Part shown: piece by piece, positions 20,236 to 30,054 of the stretch
Layout of the letters: every line of letters begins with the position of its first letter
Position numbering within the stretch: the first letter of the stretch is position 1
From: Candidatus Marinacidobacterales bacterium
Lineage (GTDB): Bacteria > Acidobacteriota > Vicinamibacteria > Marinacidobacterales > SMYC01
DNA length: 64,000 nt
Direction of reading: 5' to 3'
NCBI GenBank assembly: GCA_965224085.1
Contig: CBDCYI010000004.1
Location: 1,890,234 to 1,954,233 of the forward strand
Program-made: the position numbers and the translations under genes
Notes under the pieces: generated by a model
The model's database searches: none
What the model saw: only the letters and a program-made list of their open reading frames with translations
Told to the model about the DNA's origin: nothing

Positions 20236-22116
20236 TCAAGCCAAAGCACCTCGAAGCGCTGCGACCTGCTCGCGCACATGATCCGCCGACACATGACCCA
20301 CTGGAATCGGTGCGCCCACGGAGATGCCAACGCGGCTCGAGAGCTTCCCGAGCGTCAAGTCGCGAAGCCTTTTTTTGGCGCGTGAGAACAAGCTGCCCCA
20401 GAGCCCCGAGAGGCCCATGGGCACAACAGGGACCGGCGTACGTGCCACGATATGCTCGATGCCTTTGCGAAACGCACGTACCTCGCCGTCATCCGTAAGG
20501 CTGCCCTCCGGAAATATGCAGACGGCCTCACCGTCGTCGAGAGCCTCAGCAATCTCATCCATCGCGTTTTTCAAGATCTCGGGGCTCTCGCTCCGTCCCG
20601 CTATCGGGATGACGCGGGCCCAGCGCAAGAGCGTGCCGACGAGAGGCAGCTCGCCGAATTTGTAATACATGACGAAGCGCACCGGCCGCGCGAGCGTCGC
20701 CGCGAGAATGAACCCGTCCACATAGGTCACATGGTTCACGGCGAGGAGCACCGGTCCATCCCGGGGGATGTTCTCGAGTCCCTCGACCCGAGGACGGTAG
20801 ACGAGGCGCACAACAAGCCAGACGATCACGCTGGCGAATAAGTCTGGAACGAGCTTGAAGATATAGACGACGACCGCGGCGTTCATCAAAGCGACCACGA
20901 GATAGACGTGGACCGAAGGGATGCCCAAGGACGCGTAGCCATAGGTCATCGCCGCAGAGACGACCATGAAGAGCGCGGAGAGAATGCCGCTCGCCGAGAG
21001 CACGCGCGAGCGCCGGGAGGCGGGCGACCGCTCCTGCACGAGCGCGTTGAGCGGGACCACGAACAAACCGCCACAGATGGCGATACCGAGCAAGTCGAGC
21101 ACGATCCGAAGGCTACGGCCCGTCAACAGGAACGCCCGGAGTCCAGCGAGTTCGCTCGTCACGATCGGCTCGTAAGCGAGGCTCGCAAAAAAAAGGTCCA
21201 GCGAGAAGACGCTCAATCCCAAAGCACCCGTTGGTACGAGCGCGCTCTCCAATCGATGCCGCGCGAAACGCCCGCAGGCGAGCGAGCCGACACCGATGCC
21301 GACGCAGAACAACATGAGAAAGAACGTGACGACTTGTTCGTTGACGTAGAGGATTTGCTTTCCGTAAGTGGGGAAGAGGGTGAGTAGCGTGGCGCCGAAG
21401 AACCAAAACCAAGACACGCCGAGAATCGAACGCAACACGGAGCGGTCTTCGGCCGCGAAGCGGCACGCTTTTGCCGCCTGGCGAACGGGATTCCAGTCGA
21501 AGCGCAGCTCGGGATCGCTCGCACGACCTTCCGGAATCCGACCGCTCGTGAAGTATCCGGCGGCCGCCACGAAGAGCAAAAGCCCCGCCGTCGCGCTCGA
21601 GGCCCAGCCACCCGCTTCCATAAGAAGCCCGCCCAGAATCGTCCCCATCAATATGGCGAGAAACGTCGCTCCACCAACGAGCGCGTTTCCGGAAACGAGC
21701 GTCTTCGGGTCGAGAGATTCCGGAAGGATGGCGTATTTCACAGGGCCGAAGAAGGCCGACTGCGTCCCCATGAGAAAGAGCGTACCCGCGAGCAGCCACC
21801 CGTTCTGCGTGACGAAGCCGGCCGCAGCCACCGCCATGACGGCGAGCTCCCACAGCTTGATCAACCGCACGAGTTTGGCCTTTTCGAACTTGTCCGCGAG
21901 CTGGCCGGCGAAAGCGGAGAACAGAAAGAACGGAAGGATAAGAAGGCCGTTCAGAAGCGGCGTCCAGAGCCCCCCGTCATGAGCGCTCGAGAGCGCGCCG
22001 AACGTGATGAGGAACACGAACGCCGTCTTGAACAGATTGTCGTTCAACGCCCCTAGAAACTGCGTCCAGAACAAGGGGCCGAAGCGCCTTTCGCGAATCA
22101 ATTGAAGCTGGCTCAT
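20236..22116 (-). CDS. LplT-like MFS transporter fused to PlsC-type acyltransferase
   Basis: TQFLGALNDNLFK, GQLADKFEK, FFGPVKYAILP; NHVTYVD and IFPEG. Confidence 0.9.
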   Translation of the reverse strand: MSQLQLIRERRFGPLFWTQFLGALNDNLFKTAFVFLITFGALSSAHDGGLWTPLLNGLLILPFFLFSAFAGQLADKFEKAKLVRLIKLWELAVMAVAAAGFVTQNGWLLAGTLFLMGTQSAFFGPVKYAILPESLDPKTLVSGNALVGGATFLAILMGTILGGLLMEAGGWASSATAGLLLFVAAAGYFTSGRIPEGRASDPELRFDWNPVRQAAKACRFAAEDRSVLRSILGVSWFWFFGATLLTLFPTYGKQILYVNEQVVTFFLMLFCVGIGVGSLACGRFARHRLESALVPTGALGLSVFSLDLFFASLAYEPIVTSELAGLRAFLLTGRSLRIVLDLLGIAICGGLFVVPLNALVQERSPASRRSRVLSASGILSALFMVVSAAMTYGYASLGIPSVHVYLVVALMNAAVVVYIFKLVPDLFASVIVWLVVRLVYRPRVEGLENIPRDGPVLLAVNHVTYVDGFILAATLARPVRFVMYYKFGELPLVGTLLRWARVIPIAGRSESPEILKNAMDEIAEALDDGEAVCIFPEGSLTDDGEVRAFRKGIEHIVARTPVPVVPMGLSGLWGSLFSRAKKRLRDLTLGKLSSRVGISVGAPIPVGHVSADHVREQVAALRGALA

Positions 22117-22255
22117 CTATTCCTCCTGAACGGAGAACATAAGAGCAAGAGCCGTACCAAACACAAGAGTATTGAATACAATAACTTACGGCGTTTCTTG
22201 TGCAGTGAGTTTCATGCGGGCCTGCATGCTCGGGACAGCGTGCTAGGATCGCGTC

Positions 22256-23584
22256 GTGCCTACCGCGAAACCGGCCGCGCTAGTGCTGGCTGCGGTGCTC
22301 GCCATCTCCTGCCGAACAGGGATTCAGGGGCGAGCCGACAAAGTCCAGGTGGTCGTCCTCGGATTCGACGGCGCCAACTGGGAGACGATCGACCCGCTCA
22401 TCGAAGCTGGGAAGCTACCGCTGCTCGCGAAGCTGAAACAAGAGGCCGCCTGGGCGCCTCTCAGAACGTTCAAACCCACGAAATCCCCTGTCATTTGGAC
22501 GAGCATCGCGACGGGAAAGTCGATGGAGAAACATGGCATCCTCGATTTCGTCTTCATGGAGCAAAACGAGATCCAGGTTCCCTACAGCAATTCCGAGCGA
22601 CGTGAGCCTTCGATTTGGCAGATCCTCGATCACGCCGAGCTCCGCTCTGTCATCGTGAATTGGTTCGTGACCTACCCGCCGGATGCGATCGACGGCGTCA
22701 TGGTGTCGAACCGTTTTCGCAAGACGCTTCTCCTGAAACAAGACCAGCGCCCACGGATGGCGGACTCGGTGCACCCGCCGCATTATTTCCGCGAGCTGAA
22801 ACCGTTCTTGAGCCTCGACTACGAGGACGTCTGCGCGCAACGCGAGCTACCGGATCTCCCCGGCTTTCACGAAAGCTTGAGCCCGTCGAACAACGCCGAA
22901 GACATTCAAGTACTGAAGGACTATCGGATCTATGTCCTTCAAGAGGCGCTCAACGAGAACGTCGCCAAGCATCTTTACGAGAGCGAAGATTTCGATCTCT
23001 TTGCCGCCTATTTTCGTTTGCCTGACATCGTGCAACATACAGCACTCAGCTTGATCGACCCCGACCAAGTCGAGAAAACACTCGCCGCGATGCGAAAGGG
23101 CGAGCTCACCAGTGACGACCGCGCTCTGTTCCAGGAGAGCCTTGCCGCCGTGCTCGAGCCGTTTTATCGCTACATGGAGCGCCTCATCGAATCGTATCTG
23201 AGCTCGATGCCGGAGAGCGCTTATCTCATCGTCGTCTCGGATCACGGCTTCTCACTACACGGCGGAGGCTACGACCACTATCACATCCCGGAGAGCTTCC
23301 CCGCTCCAAGCGGCATCTTCTTGATGAAGGGACCCGGAACGAAGCCGGGCCTCGTGCCGTCGGTGAGCGTCTACGACATCGCCCCGACGATCCTCCATCT
23401 CTTCGACCTTCCTATTGGGGAGGACATGGACGGAAGCGCTGTTACCACAGCACTCACCTGGGAGCGCGACACGGGGAAGAAGCGCTATGCGCGCGAGCTC
23501 ATGGAGCCGAAAGAGCATCGCCGCGACGCGGAGATCGACGCGCGCACGCTCGAAGAGCTGCGCTCGCTCGGCTATATCAAGTAG
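22256..23584 (+). CDS. Alkaline phosphatase superfamily (type I phosphodiesterase/NPP) lipoprotein
   Basis: LGFDGA, SPVIWTSIATG, VSDHGF, DIAPTIL, LRSLGYI; lipobox AISC. Confidence 0.85.
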   Translation: MPTAKPAALVLAAVLAISCRTGIQGRADKVQVVVLGFDGANWETIDPLIEAGKLPLLAKLKQEAAWAPLRTFKPTKSPVIWTSIATGKSMEKHGILDFVFMEQNEIQVPYSNSERREPSIWQILDHAELRSVIVNWFVTYPPDAIDGVMVSNRFRKTLLLKQDQRPRMADSVHPPHYFRELKPFLSLDYEDVCAQRELPDLPGFHESLSPSNNAEDIQVLKDYRIYVLQEALNENVAKHLYESEDFDLFAAYFRLPDIVQHTALSLIDPDQVEKTLAAMRKGELTSDDRALFQESLAAVLEPFYRYMERLIESYLSSMPESAYLIVVSDHGFSLHGGGYDHYHIPESFPAPSGIFLMKGPGTKPGLVPSVSVYDIAPTILHLFDLPIGEDMDGSAVTTALTWERDTGKKRYARELMEPKEHRRDAEIDARTLEELRSLGYIK

Positions 23585-23599
23585 TCACGTCGAGCACGG

Positions 23600-25771
23600 C
23601 TAGAACGCGAAGCGCACCTCCCCGACCACCTGGCGCTTGATGAAATCCCCGAAGATGTGCTGCTGGACGTCCGCATTGTTCAAGTTCGTGACCTTGATGG
23701 ACGTCGTGAGCCGATCCTCCGCCCATCGGATGCCGAATCCACCACTAACGGTGAAGTAGGAATCGGTAGGGCCGTGGAAGCGTGCCGTCAGAACGTCGGC
23801 CCAGAACGCCTCATCCGTATAATTTGCAGAGAGATTCCAAAAATAGCGTCCGCGACTGTAGTTGAAGCCGGCGTTGAAACGATTTTTGGAGGGGAAGTTT
23901 AGCTCGGCCAGTGTGTCCGGGCTCTCGGTGACAGGATCCGCTTGGAACGAGTAGTTGACGAAGACGTTCAAGTCCGGTGAAGTTTGCGCGACGAGCGAAA
24001 GCTCGACGCCCTTGTCCCTCACTTTGTCGAAGTTGAGATACGTGAACTCGGAAGGGATGCCTACGCCCAAAAAATTGAGTAAATCTAGAACAGCCGGAGG
24101 CAATGGCCAGCCCGGTGGCGGATTGGCACTGTTATAGGTCGCCGACTGTGTAAAGATGATGTTGTCGCTCGTCTCGTTCACATAGAAGGCCGCACCGACC
24201 GTGTACTTCTTGGCAAAAGTTCCGGTATAGCCAATCTCATAAGCGGTCAAGCTCTCCTCGCTGAGACCCTGGTTCCCGCTGGCGCGGATGGGGACGATAA
24301 ACTGCTGGCCCTGGAGCGCCGGATTGATTAGCCCGAGATCGATAGGCTGCACGAGCGTCACGTCGAGAAAGTTGTTCACGAGCGACGGCGCGCGGAAAGC
24401 TCGATTGTACGAAACCCGGATCGTATGATCCCGGCCGGGCTTGATCATGAACGTCGTGCGCGGGGAGAAGACCGCCTTGTCGAGAACGCTGAACTTGTCC
24501 ACGCGTCCGCCGACGAGCCATCGAAAATGATCGGAAATGAAGATCTCGTCTTGAATGTAGAAACCCGCTTCATTCCGGCTGTCGTCCCCCTGAGCGATCG
24601 ACAGGTCGAACGCCGTGTTACGAATGTTGCCTCCGTAAGTGAGCAAGTGCTTCGTACCGAGCGCTTGTGTATTTCCGACTTCTAAGTCATAGGTTTGGGT
24701 ATCGAAGAGAAAGTTGATTGGCTGTCCATCGACACCGATCGCCAACAGCGCGGGCGCTTCGCCGTCGAGAAGGTTGGCGAAGAAATTTACCTTCCAGTTG
24801 TCCCTTAGATAGTTGACCTTGCCGTAACCCAAGCGCGTTCCGCGCTCGATCTGAAACGGTCCGATGCCCGTGTGAATGATGCCTTCGGTACCGCCGAAAC
24901 CGCCGTCGAAGATCCATTTCTGCCGCCCGTCCGGGTTGTCGTAGTCGACGCGGATGTTGAACTTGGGCTGTACGGTGCCGTCGTTCGGAAACGGCGGATA
25001 AGGCGCCCCCCCGGTGCCACGATCGGGGTCGAGAGGTATGGTCCCCGTCGGACGCGGCAGGGCATCCATCGAGAAGAACCCGGCGGCAACTTTGTACGCC
25101 CAACGGTCGTTCACCGCCTGCGCGTGCGTCGCGTTCACCCGGAAGAGCCCTCCCGTGTCGAGCTCGTTGCCGGGCGCATCCCGGTTGATCGCGCCGAAGC
25201 CGAATGTCACCGAGGTCGAGTCGATCTCACGCGGTGTCTTGGTGATCACGTTGACGACACCCGTCATCGCATTGGCGCCCCAAACCGCCGAGGCCGGACC
25301 GCGAATGACATCGATTTGCGCGATCTCGCTCATATCGACGGGCAAGAAGTCCCAGGCGACGAAGCCAAAAAAGTCCAAGTAGATGGAGCGTCCGTCCAGA
25401 AGCGCCAGCTGCGACGTGGCGAGCGTGGACGTCGCGCCGCGCGTGGTGAGGTTGATGTCGCGGGCGGACGTTTGAGTCACGTTCATTCCTGGAACCGAGC
25501 TCAGGAGCTCACCGAAATTTTGGGCCGGTGAGTTCTCGATGATGTTGCTTGTAATGACGCTTACTGTGGCCGGAGCGTTGATGATCTGATGCTCCGTCCT
25601 AGAGGCCGTGACCACGACCGTCTCCGAGTAGGAAGGGATGGGTTCCTCTCCCTCTTGCGACGATGGTTCTTGTGGCTCTTGTTGACTCTGAGCCTGAGTC
25701 CCCCCCGCGGCAGCCGGCGCAACAGCGAAAATGACAATGGCGACGCATAGCGTGATGGTGCGTTTTGTCAT
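23600..25771 (-). CDS. TonB-dependent receptor
   Basis: Signal peptide, ETVVVTASR TonB box, plug IDVIRGPASAVWGANA, terminal Phe. Confidence 0.93.
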   Translation of the reverse strand: MTKRTITLCVAIVIFAVAPAAAGGTQAQSQQEPQEPSSQEGEEPIPSYSETVVVTASRTEHQIINAPATVSVITSNIIENSPAQNFGELLSSVPGMNVTQTSARDINLTTRGATSTLATSQLALLDGRSIYLDFFGFVAWDFLPVDMSEIAQIDVIRGPASAVWGANAMTGVVNVITKTPREIDSTSVTFGFGAINRDAPGNELDTGGLFRVNATHAQAVNDRWAYKVAAGFFSMDALPRPTGTIPLDPDRGTGGAPYPPFPNDGTVQPKFNIRVDYDNPDGRQKWIFDGGFGGTEGIIHTGIGPFQIERGTRLGYGKVNYLRDNWKVNFFANLLDGEAPALLAIGVDGQPINFLFDTQTYDLEVGNTQALGTKHLLTYGGNIRNTAFDLSIAQGDDSRNEAGFYIQDEIFISDHFRWLVGGRVDKFSVLDKAVFSPRTTFMIKPGRDHTIRVSYNRAFRAPSLVNNFLDVTLVQPIDLGLINPALQGQQFIVPIRASGNQGLSEESLTAYEIGYTGTFAKKYTVGAAFYVNETSDNIIFTQSATYNSANPPPGWPLPPAVLDLLNFLGVGIPSEFTYLNFDKVRDKGVELSLVAQTSPDLNVFVNYSFQADPVTESPDTLAELNFPSKNRFNAGFNYSRGRYFWNLSANYTDEAFWADVLTARFHGPTDSYFTVSGGFGIRWAEDRLTTSIKVTNLNNADVQQHIFGDFIKRQVVGEVRFAF

Positions 25772-25942
25772 GGTGAGCTCCTTTGGCCGCGTTGGGATGA
25801 CGGCGTGAATTCGAGCATATTTTCACGAAACGCGACCCCGCTGCAATAACGCTGGTCGGATTCATTTTTAGGGAGGACAGAGCAGGAGGCGATCCATCCA
25901 TTGTGCACTCAGCTGCTGTCAGCCCCAGTGCTCACGACCTTA

Positions 25943-26164
25943 GGGCCCGGGGCAAGAACAACTACCGATTCTTGGGCGCCGATGCATCCGGTCTAGCTCA
26001 CCGCCTTAAGCAGCGAGCCTGTCGAGCGGAGGGCTAGGACGCGTCAGCGGCCGCACTGGAAGATTGCTCATATATCCGGATATTATTCGCTCCTCGCGCC
26101 TTGCCGAAGCGGCGCCCTCTATTAGATTGGGCCCAAGAATCGGCATTTATTCTTGCCCGGACCC
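25943..26164. mobile_element. MITE-like element, 222 bp, about 35-bp imperfect TIRs, TTA target duplication
   Basis: tta|gggcccggggcaagaacaactaccgattcttgggc ... gcccaagaatcggcatttattcttgcccggaccc|tta. Confidence 0.65.
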
Positions 26165-26181
26165 TTAGATTGAAAGATACA

Positions 26182-26967
26182 ATGAAATCCAAAGAAGTGA
26201 TCGCACACGTTACCCAATGGCTCTCCGACTATCTGGAAGGGTCGAGAAGCTACGGTTTCGTCATCGGTATTTCGGGCGGTATCGACTCCGCGGTGGCCTC
26301 GGCCTTGGGGGCGCGCACGGGAAAGCCTCTTCTCGCCGTCGAGATGCCCATCCACCAGAGCCCGGCTCACGTCAGCCGCGCGCGGGAGCACGTCGAAAAA
26401 CTCGCGCAAGAGCACGAACAGGTCACGTCGATCGAGGTGGAGCTCACCAGCGTCTACGAGAAGCTCGTGGAACTCTTGCCCGAAGGCGCTGACGCCAAGT
26501 CGACGGAGCTCTCGCTCGTGAACACACGTGCCCGGCTCCGGATGACGACGCTCTACTACTTTGCTGCGCGCGACCGCCGCCTCGTGGTCGGAACGGGGAA
26601 CAAAGTCGAGGATTTCGGCGTCGGCTTCTTTACGAAATACGGAGATGGCGGGGTCGACTTGAGCCCCATCGCCGATTTGACGAAGACGGAGGTCAGAGCA
26701 CTCGGCGCCGAGCTCGGGATCGACGACACGATTCTGGACGCGGCCCCTACGGATGGCCTATGGGGTGACGACCGCACCGACGAAGAGCAATTGGGGGCGA
26801 GCTATCCGGAGCTGGAATGGGCAATGAGCTTCTCGGGAGACCCAGACTTGCTCGAGGCCCGCGAGCGCGACGTGCTCGAGATTTACCGGCGCTTCCACGC
26901 AGCAAACCGCCACAAGATGGAGCCCATCCCCGTCTGCGAGATTCCGGAATCGCTACGTGAAAGCTAA
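26182..26967 (+). CDS. nadE: NH3-dependent NAD+ synthetase
   Basis: GISGGIDSAV, NTRARLRM, GTGNKVE, GFFTKYGDGG, APTDGLW...DEEQLG. Confidence 0.95.
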   Translation: MKSKEVIAHVTQWLSDYLEGSRSYGFVIGISGGIDSAVASALGARTGKPLLAVEMPIHQSPAHVSRAREHVEKLAQEHEQVTSIEVELTSVYEKLVELLPEGADAKSTELSLVNTRARLRMTTLYYFAARDRRLVVGTGNKVEDFGVGFFTKYGDGGVDLSPIADLTKTEVRALGAELGIDDTILDAAPTDGLWGDDRTDEEQLGASYPELEWAMSFSGDPDLLEARERDVLEIYRRFHAANRHKMEPIPVCEIPESLRES

Positions 26968-27035
26968 CCGCGCGCGAGCTCGTCGAAAGCGCCCAACGGA
27001 CAACCGATGCAGATGGCAGATCGCCGACAACTGAG

Positions 27036-27986
27036 TCATGGATTACTTCGACGACGGCGGCGCAGGCGTGATTTTCTTGGAGCGTAATAACCTTCGCGGA
27101 CGCGCACGACCGTTCCCGAGGCTGCTGTCAGGATTTGAAGGCGCCGCCACTTGCCGTCCTGCTCGCTATTCGTCGAGACATAGCCGAGGCTGTATTGACT
27201 CTTGAGCTCGGTCGCGATCTCTTCATAGACGCCGGCCAAGTCTTTGAGCTCCTCCGGCGCATAGGACTTCCCGGCACTCTCACGCGCTAGCACATCGAGC
27301 TCGTATTTAGCGTTTCGATATTTTTCCTTCTTGAGATCCGCCTGGTTCGCACGGAGCGAGATCGCGTAGATGATGACGTTGCTCTTCCGGGCTTGTGTTT
27401 TGACGTCCTCGAAACCGAGCCTGGAACGCGTGTCATTGCCGTCCGAGAGAACGACCACCGCGCGCCGGTCGAGCTCGTCCCGTCGGTAAGCTTCGAGATC
27501 TTTGATCGAGACATAAATCGCGCGGTAGAGCGCTGTCGCTCCTTTCAGCTTCGTCGAGCGGATGGCGTTCGCGACATCGTCGAAATCCGAAGTGAACTCG
27601 ACCAGTGTCAAGACGCGCTCGCCGAACTCGACAACTTGAACTTCGTCGCCAGGCTTGAGTGATTCCGCGAAGCGTATCGCGGCTTCCTGCGCCATGGGAA
27701 GCTTCTGACGCATGCTTGTCGAGACGTCGAGCAAGATGACCATCTTCAGAGGAAGCTCACCGTGCGAAAAGAACTGGACGTCCTGCTCCACGCCGTCTTC
27801 GAAGATGGTGAAGTTGTCTTCGTCGAGCCCGGTCACGAGGCGGCCTTCCTCGTCGAGAAGCGTGAGCGCGACGCTCACCGTATTCACGGCCACGCGGAAC
27901 TGAGGACGATCCGCCTGTGGATCCTGGCCGAGGGCCGGGACAGCCAGAAAACAGAGGGCCAAGCGTTCGAGCGAAGTGTGTCTCAC
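27036..27986 (-). CDS. VWA domain protein (acidobacterial type), exported
   Basis: MIDAS DVSTSM, GATALY, LSDGND, LKSQYSLGY...DGKWRR...REGYYA. Confidence 0.88.
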   Translation of the reverse strand: MRHTSLERLALCFLAVPALGQDPQADRPQFRVAVNTVSVALTLLDEEGRLVTGLDEDNFTIFEDGVEQDVQFFSHGELPLKMVILLDVSTSMRQKLPMAQEAAIRFAESLKPGDEVQVVEFGERVLTLVEFTSDFDDVANAIRSTKLKGATALYRAIYVSIKDLEAYRRDELDRRAVVVLSDGNDTRSRLGFEDVKTQARKSNVIIYAISLRANQADLKKEKYRNAKYELDVLARESAGKSYAPEELKDLAGVYEEIATELKSQYSLGYVSTNSEQDGKWRRLQILTAASGTVVRVREGYYAPRKSRLRRRRRSNP

Positions 27987-29149
27987 GATTTCGATTCCCG
28001 AACGGCGGCGAGTCGCTTTTCCGCCTGATCGAGCACCCTAGCGGCTTCTTGCGCCGTCTTCTCTTTCACTCCCGCATCGACAGCCTTTTGGACCCACCGA
28101 CGACCCGTCGCGAGCTCTTCATCGAGCTCGTCCATCTCGAGCGTCGTCAAGCTGAGCCGCTTGGACGTCACGAACGCCTCGATCCAGGAGCCCTTGGCCT
28201 CGATCGCTTTCAAGAGGAGCTCCGGATCGTTGGGCGCCAAACGATAGCGGAAATAGTAGACCTCGGAGGCGTCCCGAAGCGCTTCGGGGTGTTTCTGAGT
28301 CGCGAGACTGGTGGCGAACCGGAGCGTCATGTCCTTATCATCGGCGGCCATACCGATCACTTGTTCCAAATAGTGAGGAGGAAACCAAGGTCCTCTTCCA
28401 CCTGGACCACCGCCATCGGACGAGCCTTCTTCCAGACTGACCCTCAGCGTCGCGTGCTTGAGGCGTGAGATAGACGAGCGCCGAGACGTCATCGAGCCGC
28501 GGCCAGAAATGGCCCACAGGCTGAGCTCCAGTACACCGTCTTCGAGCATGACGTTCCCGATAAAAGCGCCACTATCGGCGGGAAACCCGCCCTCGGACTC
28601 GACATCGGTTGTGTGCTGGAGCGTGATGCTCAGCGTCTCCGGATTCAACTGCGCTTCCGTGACCGCGGCCTCGAGCCGGTCACGCCCGAAGGACTTTCGC
28701 GTTTGGTCCTCTGGAACGTGGATGCGAAGCATGCCGAGCCCCGAGAGCAGCCGAAGACGAAGCTCGTCGAGCCACAAGCTGTCGAGCGCGTCGTGGTAGA
28801 GCAGAAGCTCGTCGGCGAGCTGAATCCGGTCGCCGGGTCTCAAGGGCCGCTCTTCGTGCGCACGCACCGGATCGCCGTTCAGCCGGCTTCCGTTCGAGCT
28901 CCCAATATCGACGAAACCCACGCCGGCGTCGGTCTTACGGATGGCGGCGTGCCGCCTGGAAACACGCGGCGAGCTCAGCGCCACGTCGTTCTCCGGGAGC
29001 CGTCCGAGGCGGTTGTCATCGCCCGCAAGCGCGTAGACGCGGAGCGTACGGAACGCGTAGACGTAGCCCCAGGGCTCCGGCAGGTCCTGCGCAGGGGCGG
29101 GCGCCGTCAGGGTCACGGCCAACAAGACGAAAATGAAACGTCGCATCAT
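27983..29149 (-). CDS. FHA domain protein with signal-peptide-like N-terminus
   Basis: LGR...VSRRHA...DIGSSNGSRLNG...LRPGDRI; MRRFIFVLLAVTLTAPAPAQ leader. Confidence 0.8.
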   Translation of the reverse strand: MMRRFIFVLLAVTLTAPAPAQDLPEPWGYVYAFRTLRVYALAGDDNRLGRLPENDVALSSPRVSRRHAAIRKTDAGVGFVDIGSSNGSRLNGDPVRAHEERPLRPGDRIQLADELLLYHDALDSLWLDELRLRLLSGLGMLRIHVPEDQTRKSFGRDRLEAAVTEAQLNPETLSITLQHTTDVESEGGFPADSGAFIGNVMLEDGVLELSLWAISGRGSMTSRRSSISRLKHATLRVSLEEGSSDGGGPGGRGPWFPPHYLEQVIGMAADDKDMTLRFATSLATQKHPEALRDASEVYYFRYRLAPNDPELLLKAIEAKGSWIEAFVTSKRLSLTTLEMDELDEELATGRRWVQKAVDAGVKEKTAQEAARVLDQAEKRLAAVRESKS

Positions 29150-29286
29150 CACTACCGCCAACGGCGAGTGGACAAGATTAGGCTTCTCCTTCGAGGGCGT
29201 CAAGTGTAGTTAGTGTAAGACGCGTTACAGAACTCTTAATCCACCGGCTTTCGCACGTCGCTCGAAGCCGATACCATAGCCACGCT

Positions 29287-30054
29287 TTGATTGTGCTTCG
29301 TGACGTGAGCAAGCGCTTCGGGGAGCTCGAGGCGGTCCGCTCACTCTCGCTCACGGTCGAGCCCGGTGAGCTGTTGGTGCTTTTGGGCGGTTCTGGCTCG
29401 GGCAAAACCACCACCCTCAAGATGGTGAACCGCCTGGTCGATCCAAGCTCCGGCGCCATCCTTCTGGACGGCGAAGATACCGCCGACATCGAGCCTCACG
29501 CGCTCCGGCGTCGCATCGGCTACGTGTTCCAACAATTGGGGCTTTTCCCGCACATGACCGTCGCCGAGAACATCGCGGTCACACCGTCGCTTCTCGGTTG
29601 GGACGCCGAGCGCACGCGCGCGCGGGTCGACGAGCTCCTGAAGCTCGTCGAGCTCGACGCCCACATGGCGGAGCGCCCGGTCGCGGAGCTTTCAGGAGGC
29701 CAGCAGCAGCGCGTGGGCGTGGCGCGAGCCCTCGCGGCTAAACCTAAGCTCATGCTATTGGACGAGCCGTTCGGCGCGCTCGATCCGATCACGCGCGAGC
29801 GACTGCAGCAATCGTTCGTGCGCATTCGCAAGGAGCTCGATTTGACGGCGATCTTCGTGACCCACGACATGCTCGAAGCTCTGCTGCTGGGGGACCGGAT
29901 CGCGGTGATGCACGAGGGGAAGCTGGCTCAAATCGGGACGCCGAGCGACTTGATGCGCGCCCCCGCCACGGACTACGTGGAGCAGCTCATGAGCACACCG
30001 AAACGACAAGCCGGTGCGGTCGAGCGCCTGCTCGATGACGGGAAGGTCTCGTGA
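29287..30054 (+). CDS. Osmoprotectant ABC transporter ATP-binding subunit
   Basis: GGSGSGKTT, LRRRIGYVFQ, LSGGQQQR, LLDEPFGALDPITR. Confidence 0.92.
   Translation: MIVLRDVSKRFGELEAVRSLSLTVEPGELLVLLGGSGSGKTTTLKMVNRLVDPSSGAILLDGEDTADIEPHALRRRIGYVFQQLGLFPHMTVAENIAVTPSLLGWDAERTRARVDELLKLVELDAHMAERPVAELSGGQQQRVGVARALAAKPKLMLLDEPFGALDPITRERLQQSFVRIRKELDLTAIFVTHDMLEALLLGDRIAVMHEGKLAQIGTPSDLMRAPATDYVEQLMSTPKRQAGAVERLLDDGKVS

Noticed and set aside
25772-26181. Cobalamin or NAD+ riboswitch ahead of the TonB receptor or nadE
   Set aside because: I could not find the conserved B12-box or nadA-motif cores; inverted repeats with a TTA duplication explain the region better. An Rfam scan would settle it.
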